Assembly: GCA_047495785.1 (NCBI GenBank)
Contig: JBLDXI010000032.1
Coordinates: 1,364,001 to 1,428,000, forward strand
DNA: 64,000 nt
Source: Lepidodermella squamata
Lineage: Eukaryota; Animalia; Gastrotricha
Reading direction: 5' to 3'
Positions within the stretch are counted from its first letter, which is position 1, and each line of letters opens with the position of its first letter. Below, one piece after another: positions 14,106 through 25,094 of the stretch. The translations under genes were made by a program, and so were the position numbers. The notes below the pieces were generated by a model. The model saw only the letters and a program-made list of their open reading frames with translations, made no database searches and was not told the origin of the DNA.

Positions 14106-15700
14106 ATGGCTCGAGTAGGGCTTGAATCGTGGTCTTCAGCCTTGACGTCGTCAACGCGTCATTCGATTCACTTCAAAAAGTCGACAGAAATCGATGAAGC
14201 TCAAGCTGAGAAGCAGCCGTTTGCTAAGACGAGAGCTAAAACTCCGAGGACGAGTGCCAGTAAATTGTACATTGTCCTCTTCATCATCATTATTTTCATC
14301 GGAGCTGCGCTGTTCTCCTCCGTTGCGCCGTTTTACCCAACGCGAGCCATTCAGAAAGGCGTTTCTCAAACTATGGTCGGCGTTATTCTAGCTGTTATGC
14401 AAATCGTCGGCTTCATTGTTTCATGGATTCTTGGTATGAATTTTCTTAAAAATCAGATTTTTCATTAATTTTTCTCATTTCAGCCGTGAGCATGTTTCGC
14501 ATTGGGATCAAATTTCTGCTCTGCTCTGGAATGTTGATAGCCGGTGTTTCAGCTATCCTGTTCGGAATTATCGATTACAGCCCACCTGGCGATTGGTTTC
14601 TCGTCTACAGTTTCATCTTACGAATTTTCGAAGGCCTCGGGCTTGGCATGTATTTCAATTCCGCGTATTGCATGGCGGCTATTCTATTCGCCGAGGATTA
14701 CGCTTTAATCATGGGATTTCTCGAAACTTCAACTTCAATCGGAACATTGCTCGGGCCTTCGATTGGCGGCGCTCTTTTCTCCGTAAATTAATTTTGAAAT
14801 TTTTTGAAAATTGAAAAAATTGAATTTCAAGGCGGCTGATTATTATTTGCCCTTTGTGGTTTTGGGTGGAATTTTGCTGCTTTTGGACCCCTTCGCCATA
14901 TTCTTGGTACCTTCCGATATCGCGGATAACGTTGATACAACACTTGATGAGCACAATCCATTGTAAGTTGGTTCTAAAAATGCTGAGAAATTCTATTTTA
15001 ACGATTTTTCAGCTTGGTTTTGAGGAAAATGTTCACGCCTGCAATGTTGATAACGGCCTATACTATGCTTACCGTGACAATTTCATGGATATTCACGGAA
15101 ACCACCCTCGGAGTTCGGCTTGAATACTTCGAAATCACCGACCCAATTGTTGTCGGGGCGATTTATCTAGCTTCATCCGGCGCCTACGCTATAGTCGCCC
15201 CTCTCTCCGGCAGGATCGCCGATAAATTCAACAACGCCTGGCTGGTAATTTTCATTGGAACAATTTTCCTAGTTATTGGCTACTTGATAATTGGCCCGAG
15301 TCCTATATTACTGGCTGATATCATCCCGGAGGGGTTGCCTCAACTTATCATTGGTTGTTTATGTACCCATTCTGGCCTAGCAGCTGTTGTAGTTCCAACT
15401 ACAAAAGAACTTCAACGGCAGGCTGAGTTGAACGGCCTCGACCCGAATGCGATTGGAACTTTGGCGTTCATCACCAATATCTTCCAATCGGTCTGGTTTT
15501 TAGGCGGTTTTCTCGGTTCGATCATTTCAAGTGCGATGATGGAGTATTTAGGCTACGGCTGGGCGACAACAATTCAAGCTGGTATTGTATTGACGTCGCT
15601 ATTGCTGCAAATCTACACGATTATCGCCCATGGAATTTGCCGGCCGCGCAATTGCGTTGCAAAATGTCGCGGTTACGATGATTTTGATGATACGGACTAG
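14106..15700 (+). CDS. SLC18B1: SLC18B1-like MFS transporter, copy 3 (3 short introns)
   Basis: ORF segments 14106-14468, 14486-14791 and 15014-15700 are paralogous to the other copies. Confidence 0.85.
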
Positions 15701-15829
15701 AAAAACACAACCGATCTCCGTTGTTGTCGTTGTGAAAAATTCGTGATAAAAAATTTGATTTCATTGCGTTTGGAGTTTTGAGGTGATTTTTGGTCCATTC
15801 CTATTTCTAATTTGTAGGATTTTTCGTTG

Positions 15830-17665
15830 ATGGCTCGTGTTGGTTTGGAATCATGGTCGTCCCATCTATCGTCGGCCCGGCATTCGGTTCATTTCACGAA
15901 AAATGATTCCGCTGAAGAAAGCACTGAGAAAAAGCCGTTTGCGAAATCGCAGCCGCAACGTCCGTCGGCGGGTTCAATTTCCAGCGGCGTTGTGGGCAAG
16001 ATTTATATCATCGGCTTCATTATCGCGCTGTTTCTAGGCGCGTGTCTATTTTCGTGTGTGGCGCCGTTTTTTCCGACGCGAGCCATCGAAAAGGGTGTTT
16101 CGCAGACCCTTGTTGGCGTCATCATGGGCAGCATGTCTATTGTCGGCTGTTTAGTTTCTTGGTTTTTAGGTTAGAATTAATTTCAGTTAATTTTCAGGTT
16201 CAAACATTTGAAAATACAATTTCGAAATTTGAAATTATTAAGGAGGAATATTTAAATTTTGAAAAAATTGATTTCAAGATTCCAAATGATGGATTTAATT
16301 GAACCACTCAGCTAAACTGTAAATAATTGAAATATCGGTTAAGTTACTGGTGCATTTTTGCATTTTAAAATTGAAATTTAATTTAATTTTTAAATTTTTA
16401 AATTGTGATTTTATTTAAAATTTTATTAATTTTCTCTTTCAGCTATTTACATGTTCAAAATCGGCGTCAAATTTCTCATGTGTGCCGGCATGTTTACCGC
16501 CGGTATTTGCGCGATTTTATTCGGCATCGTCGATTTCGGCCCGCCTGGTGATCCGTTCGTGATTCTCAGCTTCATAATTCGAATTTTCGAAGGCTGCGGC
16601 ATCGCCATGTTCTTCAACTCTGCCTACACAATGTCCGCAATACTATTCGCTGATGATTATGCCTTCATTATGGGATTGTTGGAAACGGCAACCTCAGTTG
16701 GCACTTTGATTGGTCCCACAATCGGTGGTGCACTCTACTCGGTAATTTACTGCATTTTTTCCCCGAATTGTATAGCCGAAAAATTTATTATAAAATAGGC
16801 TGGAGGATATTTCACACCTTTTGTTGTTTTGGGCGGAATTTTGCTCATCATGGATCCTTTCGCAATTTTTATGATCCCTTCAACGATTGCTGATGGTGTT
16901 GATACGTCGAAGGAGGAACACAACCCATTGTAAGTCCTAAAATTCGGGTTTATTCATTAATTTTTCAATATTTTCCTTTCAAGTCATGTTTTACAAAAAA
17001 TGGCAAGCCCATCGGTATTGATAACAATTTATACGATGCTAACAACGACGATTTCATGGATTTTCACCGAGACTACCCTCGGAGTCCGTCTTCAAGCATT
17101 CGGCGTGACTGATCCGATCGTAGTTGGTGCTATTTACCTGTCTTCATCCGGCGCTTACGCAATCGCCGCGCCGCTTTCAGGCAAAATCGCCGATAAATAT
17201 CACAACGCATGGCTGATAATTTTCATCGGTACAATTCTCCTCGTAATTGGCTATTTAATAATCGGACCTTGCCCGATATTGCTGGCTAGTATCATCCCTG
17301 AGGGTTTGCCTCAGTTGATTATCGGATGTCTATGCACCCATTCAGGGTTAGCCGCGGTTGTTGTCCCGACCACTTCGGAATTACAGCACCAGGCTGAGTT
17401 GAACGGACTCGACCCGAATGCGATTGGGACGTTAGCCTTCATAACAAACGTATTCTCTTCGGTTTGGTTTCTAGGCGGTTTTATTGGTTCGATCATTTCG
17501 AGCGCGATGATGGAGTATTTAGGCTACGGCTGGGCTACCACAATCCAGGCCGGCATTGTTTTAACTTCTCTTCTACTTCAAATTTGTACCTTAATTTCGA
17601 ACCGCATCAGAAATTATCACAGCTGTATGGCTAAGTGCAAGGGCTACGAGTCTTTCGAAGAATGA
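15830..17665 (+). CDS. SLC18B1: SLC18B1-like MFS transporter, copy 4 (3 introns; sister of copy 3)
   Basis: Shares the MARVGLESWSS start and a near-identical C-terminal half with copy 3. Confidence 0.85.
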
Positions 17666-17743
17666 CCTTTGTTTTTGACTGATTTTACCGCAGAAAAAAA
17701 TTGAAAATTCCACCTTAATTTTTTTTAGGAATTTTAAAATTAA

Positions 17744-20700
17744 ATGGCTTCAGCGGCTTTCCTAGCGAATTCAACTGCAAATGCCGTATCAGCCGATGGT
17801 GTTCTGAAATGGATCACTGAAATCGCCGAATCGCGTCCTTATGCCAAGAAACCGGAGTTCAGTGTCGGTCAAATCGCTAGAATTCTTCAAAATAAAAAAG
17901 CTCGCGATATTTTGTACAAGTTAGTCGCGTCAACTCGATCGCGTCACTGCCAACAGGAGGTTATCGGCAATTTGTACCTTCAGAAAAAGCTGAATCCAAA
18001 CGAAATCGCTGAATGGCGGGATCGCTTGCCGGAATTGCAATTGCCTGATATTGCGGCGAGTAACGAAAATTGCGGCGGGTCGAGTTCGATTGAACCGCAG
18101 GCTGCTCGGCAGTTGATTAAAAAGCAAAACGCGCTGCGAGAAGTTGAGCAGCTAACTGAGCAGTTGCTGAAAATTAAGGTCGAATTGGCTAATGCCGTGA
18201 AAAATGCGTCGGATCTCGGTGATAAGATTCGCATCGCCTCGGCTGGTAATAGCTTGCGGCAAGTGTTTCTCGACCAAATGGCGGCGAAAGCTCAGGAGTG
18301 GCGCAAGATGACGAATGAACTCCGCCGGCGGTTGTGTTCGGCCGGGGCTCGGTCGACGAAATTGACCCTGGGTAATCAGGTGGCGCAACCCGGTAAGGAG
18401 CGAGTCAACCAGGCGTCGGCGGAAATTTCGAAAGTTTTGAGCAAGTTGACGGAATCGATGCTCGAGGATGATATCGCCATGCTTCGGGCAAAAACAACTG
18501 GCGGTGGCATTCCGCCAGAGGTTAGTCATTCTTCGTTTTGAATATTATTGAAAGTAGAAAAATTGAAATTCTGGAAATTTTTGAAATTTGAAAGTTTGAA
18601 ATTTCATGAAACTTTTAATTTTCTTTTTAACATTGATTAATATGGAATTTACGCTCGTGGTAAACCGCGGAGAGGGTGTGGCAAGGTCATCTTTTGCATA
18701 AATATAAAATAATTTATTAGTGGATCGCACGACTAAATTGTTTCATCCAGGAGTCATAGCAACAATAAATTGACCAATCAGCGTGCGGGTCAAATATTAA
18801 CTTACTACTTGAAACACAATGAAATTCTTGAATTCTTAAACTTTTATGAATTTCAGCTTTTTCGAATTTTTTAAAATTCTTATAGTTTTTCGTATACATG
18901 TTATTTGTATAATGTTTTAAAAGTGTAAAACTGTTCTTCCTCTTCTTCGCCCTCACCTGAATTGACCTGAAAAAATAACAGTTAAGAAAAATCACGATCA
19001 ATTATAGCATAAATTTACCTTCCACGAGCCAAAGGAACCCTCCGCGCGATTCGTGGTGTCATTGCCCATTGTTTCCAACGTTCGGCGGTGAACCGCGGCC
19101 CACATTTCAACAGAAGGGAGCCAATTTTTGTTGAAATAGTCCAATAGTCTGACGTATTTTTTTTTGTGGCAACCCTGCAACCTGTGAACGCCGTCCTCGC
19201 TCGAACGCTGCAGTGTTACACTGCAGCGAGTGGGGGAGCTCAAATTGACTGTAAGCCATGAGGAATGGCAACATCACTGTGAAAAGGGTGTGGCACATGT
19301 CTTGTGCTTGCAAATCTGTGGCGATCGCATTATTAAATCCCTTCTCCTTAGCAGCAGCATAAGTATTGAGCATTCCAATCGAAGCGTTGTTTACTCCCAA
19401 GATCATTTCTGCATCTTTTGAGCTGACACGGTTCATTGTAGGAACGCGAGAAAGTAACCCATGTAATATGCTGGATTGTAGCATTTGAGCGACGACGTCC
19501 AGTGAATAAATCACCCTGGCAGCGGAAGCCTTCTCACGGGGGAGATATTCGTCTGTTTTTGGCATCATCTTGATTAACATGGGTATTCCCTTATCAGATT
19601 GGGAAATGCGCTCATATAACCGATGCAGTTCAATTGATTGGAATAGATCAGAGAGTTTGTTAGAGGGCGCACCATCAGGTAGAAAGGTGGTGTTGACACC
19701 GCTGGCATCTAGACCGAAGCCGGCTCCTAAGAGTTGGGAACGACCCACACTCATAGGAGAGATGACGACTTGATCATAGTCACCAGTGTTGGTATTAATG
19801 AAAATTATTTGCGAGAGGTAACCTAAGGTTGTACCGTTGGTTATCTCCATGACGCTGTCGACTGTAGTTACATTGAAGGCGATCACACCGGGATCGTTTA
19901 AGATGATCTGATCACCCTTCCACATGAATGCGCGAGGGTAATACAGTTTAGGGTTCTCAGAATTGAGAGTGATATGACCTGTGGTTAAACAGGTTGGGCA
20001 GGATGTATCTGGCAAGTAACCTTGCTGTACAGGCGTTAGACCTTGAAAGAGAGGGGTTGGGGCTCCATAAGTTGCGACGTTGAAGAAGGAGGAGAGTCCT
20101 GTGCGTTTGGCAATAGCCCGGAAAATGGGTTTAGAATCGAATAAGGGATTTTGATTAAAACGCGAATGAGACAACTGAAGAATAGCACGGTTGGCAAGTG
20201 TTCTCGGAAACACACCGACAGCACCAACCAAAACAAGTAAACGAAAGAAACGTGTAAATCTCGTGATATCCGGTCAGAAAGTTTTCGTTGATTTGAAAAT
20301 AGACGGATCCCCAGGATTAAGTTTGTTTCTGCTTTCACCGCGTTGAAGGCGGGTCATGAATTCGGGCGCAAAGTCCGGTTGTGCGGAAATCAAAACCTCA
20401 ATGTGGGACGTTGGATAAAAATGTCGATAGAGAAGAACATGACCGTCAGGAATAGTTTGCGTGAAAGGACGGTGAGTGTAGACAGTGACTTCATTGTTAC
20501 GCTCTTTGAGCACCATCTGAATGTCACCACTGGGAAGGATTTTCATCTCCCCACCCTCGCAAGAGAAGGGTTCGTTGGTAGTGTGATGAATCTGGATGAG
20601 TGCTCTGAATTTGGCCAGTTTAGCCAGCTCATTGGTGTTGAGATAGTAGCCGGCGTGCGAGAGAAACCCGAGCGTGTGCAGCCGTTTATAGGTCTCAAAG

Positions 20701-23700
20701 CGTTCATTGGCAAAGTTGATAGGAATCTTGACTCGAAGAGAGCTTCCAGGATTGACCGTGAAGATCTTTTCCTTAAGTACCTTTGATGATAAGCGATTTT
20801 GTATCCGTCCGTCGCCGCCGATGTCTAAGACGGTTTCATCCCCACGTAAGGTAAGGGATATAGTCCTTGTAGAACTGAGATGGGTAAGCAAGGTCGACGT
20901 GCGGATTCATTGGTCGCATTCGCTCGAAGCATTGGAAACAGCGTTGAGGAGGTTCGAGATTTGGATGAAACTCAAAGCGTTGGTACAAAATGGGTCCATC
21001 ACGTTCATCGTCAGATATAGCTGGTATTAATCGAGCATCGACGTACCTCAGGTAAGCAGCAATTGAGGGATCACCAACAAATTGCTGGATGGATGCCGGG
21101 ACGACGTAAGGCTGGATTATAGCGTCGACGTCGAAACTCTTCTCAAATGGTAGAGGTGAATAATTATTGACAAAAGATGCCCAACAAGGCCAATTGTAGA
21201 TATGGCGAAGAATAGTTGGGATATCACGATTGCCACCTTTCCGATAGAGTGGGTAGAAGAGTGCGCGCACGGCATTTGTGTGGAGTTGTTTGAGCGAGAG
21301 GTTGCCTTGAGCTATAGCGTCGAAAATAGCGCGTTCGTTTTCTGCGAGTGACCAATAGGCTGGAGTTTGATTCATTTCCAATGCTTGACCTTGTAAGAGT
21401 TCACCGTATTTGACAAGAAGAGCCGCATATGGCGTAACGGCAAGGCTCTGGATAGCTGAAGCGATTGAGCAGAAACTTTGCACGACTCGGTGCTCTTTGG
21501 CTTGACAAGCAAGGAGCAAAATCTTCGAAACGTTACCGATAGAAATGTACAACTTTTTGCTCTTTTCATCCTTCTGGATGGCCGAATCGCCTGAGACTGA
21601 CTCAAGACGTTGATAGGCCCAATGGATTTGGCCAACAGATAAAGAAACGGTCATCTTTCCGAAAGAGACGACAGGTTCATCGTCTGGTTTCTCAGGGAAT
21701 ACTTGAGCTGGTGGTTGGAAGTGAAGCTCACTGTCTGAGATGGATACGTACTCGTCAATAGACAAGTCCATCATTCGCATCTTCTTAGGATGCGCGATGC
21801 CACCAGCTTCCCTGTACAATAGTTGCAAAATTTCCAAAGGTGTTATGTCACCGTATTCCTTCTTGACTTTCGCAGAGGGGGTGATGACGTTCTTGGTCAT
21901 CAAGGCTAATTCATGATCTCCAAAACGGAAGATGATTATTTCAAGTAAAATTGGGCTTTTTTTAGCCACTTCAACTCAACAGATGGAGCGCGCGCTGTCA
22001 AGCAGCACGCGCCGTACAGATGTGACTAGAACAGTGAACAAGGCGGTGGCGTCACCGCCACATTTGTCAACCCGGACCTCGATACCAGTTGCGGCCTGAA
22101 CAAATTTCTGATGACCTTCGTCGAAATCCCGCTGTCCGTTGAACGAAATTGATGAGAGGGAAAAATAATTAAAATGATATAATTAATTTGACCTTCTGGC
22201 AATCATTTTTGAAAATTTCCTTGCAATGGAATTGCCATGCGTTCATGATACATCTGCAATCGGCTAGCTCGTACTGCTCTTTGTCTTTCAAAGGGTTTGC
22301 TCCATGTGTCCAATGGCAACGTACCGCACCCAGGCCAGATAAAAGCACATGAGGTTCTTCGCGTCGAATATTTCGAAATGAACTTTCGCGTCAATATGCA
22401 CTTTCAATGGATCAGTTGTTTTTCAAATCAGTATTCATAATATAAGCCAGTTGAGTGCCTTGTGCAGCCGGGCCTGGAGCGACTTGCGCAGCTGGTTAAA
22501 ATTCATATCGCATACAGAACAAATGAAGTCACTGTAATGCTCTTTCCGCTCATGGAGCTGCAGTTCCAACCAGTCCTGAAAGAAAAAATCGCATGATTGG
22601 CATGGGAAACATTATTCTGTTACTTCACGGGTCTTTCGAGAAAACTTCCTGAACAAGTCGAGAGTTCAAAACAATTCAAAAGCACGGCATCAATCAATAT
22701 AATAACAGTTTTTTCGTAGGGGGATCCTCTGGGTCCAGCTGGCTAAGTGAGGGTTCAGGGCTGCTCATGAGAGATGTGTATCAAATCAATGGATCAATCT
22801 ATTTATCAATCATATAAATGTAGCACTCTGATACCTGGTACGTCGTTCAACACTATAACGATATGAACCAAAGCCATAAGAGAGCAAGCAATTACGTCCC
22901 AGCCTTACAAACCGACTATAGGGTGCCATACAAGCTTAGATGTACGGAATCGTGGACTTAAACGTTTTCGTCGGAAAAACGCTTCCCAAACGCTCAAAAA
23001 TAATTGATTATTTATTCCAATTATCAATAACTACAATTTATATTAGAATAGCAACCAGATAATTATTACAGGGCCGGCTGAAATGATGCGTCAAACCGGC
23101 ACCGGCATTCGGGCAATTTTGCCTATATTTTTCCCAGAGCAACTACAAGAATCCTGCGTCATAAAATAAGTATGCCAGACCTGTCTATTTTGTGACCTCT
23201 CGCCTATCATAAACTTTTGATTAGAGGCGCAATAAACGCTCTTCAATTTTAGAGTTTAATTTGTCTGCTTTCAAGTTTGAAAGTTACGATATATGAGTGC
23301 AACCGTTACTAGCTTCCCCGTAGGAGGTCACCTACCTAAATTGAATCGGTACGCCTTAATATTAGGCAGTTTCGACGATCGTTAGTAAGGATGACCTTGC
23401 CGCCTTCCAAAATTGCTTTATTCTTGGATTTTTATTCTCACAAATATTTATATTTTCCTCTTAGGTGGATGAACTCGTGCGAAAGCTGTCTGCTGATTTC
23501 ACTGTGTCTGAAATTGGCGCAGCGCTTCTGTCGAATTTGAACCGTTCAATCGGTGAACTCGAGTCTGAACTGGATCGCGTCGATATTTCCGCCGAAATTA
23601 GGGCTCTCATGTTCGATTTCGACCCGGCAACCGGTGAGTTGCGGGATACCAGCCCCCTGGTTTCTAAACCAGCCTCGCAAGTCATGGCCGCGTTGACTCT

Positions 23701-24935
23701 CGAACGCGAATCTGCCCTACTGAAAGTCAGCAGTGAGGCCGCTGAGGCTAGAATGGATGTTCACAGGTTGAAAAATCGTTACAACGAACAAATGGCGATT
23801 GTTAACCAAGAACTGAATCGATGGCTGAGGAAAGACCCGCAAATCATGAATAAAATGGAGCGATACATCCACTTGGCCTCGTCAGTTTCCGGTTACGAGC
23901 AGGCTGAAAAGGCACTGCTTGCCTGTTCTCAAACGATTGAAGCTGAAATTCGGCAGTTGGAAGCCAGGAATCGAAACGCGTCATTGGCTCGGTCGAAATT
24001 GGCGAGTTTTCAGAAAAATCTCGAGCATCAAATCGGGTTGATTCGGCGACTCCTCGAGGGCGCGGCTTCAATGAAAAAAGACCATGAAATCGTCTCCGCC
24101 AAAGTCGGGAAGATTGTATCCGCCCTGCCGCGTAGCCCATCGCCGGTTTTCGGCTCGATAGTCTCGGTTAAGGAGGCGAAACTAGAGGAACTGGCTGATT
24201 TTCGGACAAAAAATCTCGCAGCTCTTTACTGGGGCTTCAACGCCTCGGCTCTCAATCGATTCATGTCAACAGTCGGCGAGTTGTATTCGAATTTACAAGG
24301 CCCGGCAGTGAAACACGAATTTGCAGTTCGGTTGCTCTATCTCGGCCCTATGGCGTTGATAAATTCGCTTCGTGACGATATGCTGCTGTACAAATGCCGC
24401 GTGGCGTTGCAGGAACAGCTTGAAAAAGTCTTGGCGCAAAGCAAATCGTCGAAATACGACGAAAAACGCGTTCGAGCTGTTATCGACCAGCACAACGCGA
24501 TTGCGACGCAAAATTACGAACGCTGGTGCGAAGAGCTCAATCAGGTAAAAAAAGAATTTTTTAAGGCGGACTTTTTAATCATATTTTTAATTTGTTGCGA
24601 GTTTAAAATTGAAAATTTTAATTTTCAAAAACATTTTAAAATTTTAATTTTTTAACTATTTTTTCATAAAATTTTAATTTTTAAGTATTCAAAATTTCAA
24701 AATTTATTAATGTTTTATTTTTTATTTTTAGGCTTGCCGTGATTGTGAGACTGCGATTCAAGACGGTATTCCAAATTTCCGGGCTCTGATAGGTAATTAT
24801 CGCAGTCAGCCGGGCCAATTTGCAGCCGATTGGGTGCAACTAGATGGCGTCACGTACCGAGACTACTTCCGCCACATCACATTCCTCGCCGATTCGATCC
24901 GCCAACGCGAAGAAATGACCAGTGATAAATTTTGA
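17744..24935 (+). CDS. HAUS5: HAUS augmin-like complex subunit 5 (exons 17744-18520, 23465-24544, 24732-24935)
   Basis: N-terminal LKW..E...TRS....EVIGNL, a coiled-coil body and C-terminal QPGQFAADW match HAUS5 hallmarks. Intron 1 is 4.9 kb. Confidence 0.75.
18680..23401 (-). mobile_element. Degraded Mutator-like (MULE, ZSWIM3-type) element in HAUS5 intron 1
   Basis: 12-bp inverted repeat GGCAAGGTCATC (18680-18691) / GATGACCTTGCC (23390-23401). C2H2 finger FPCQSCDFFFQDWLELQLHERKEH lies near 22610-22535. MULE C-terminal signature LDYFNKNW..VEMWA...GNDTTNRAEGSF lies at about 19150-19020. No clear TSD. Confidence 0.7.
19230..21969 (-). pseudogene. Endogenous positive-strand RNA virus replicase fragment (methyl/guanylyltransferase plus N-terminal part of RdRp)
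   Basis: Intronless ~900-codon frame broken by one 1-nt frameshift (~20850) and one in-frame TGA (20276-20274). Capping motifs are NPH, VLDIGG, SHAGYYL and YTH. RdRp motif F is KMMPKTDEY...ARVIY and motif A is ATDLQAQD. It is truncated before motifs B and C. Confidence 0.75.
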
Positions 24936-25094
24936 TCTGACATTAACACATTGTGATCTTCTGTCTCGTCTCGCATTTTAATCTCACGCTTGCACGTGTT
25001 TTTTGCCAATAAAAACCAATTTCATAAGTATTTTTTCCGATTTATTTTAGGTGGTTAATTTGTTGTAGTTTTTGTTTTTGTTTCCTGTTTCGTT

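Noticed and set aside
19107-21969. Viral region as a functional domesticated gene or as a retroelement
   Set aside because: It has a frameshift and lacks RdRp motifs B and C (no GDD); there are no RT YxDD, integrase or LTR features.
22108-22135. CTGATGA...GAAA hammerhead-like string near the viral junction
   Set aside because: The intervening CCTTCGTC cannot form stem II, and stems I and III are absent.
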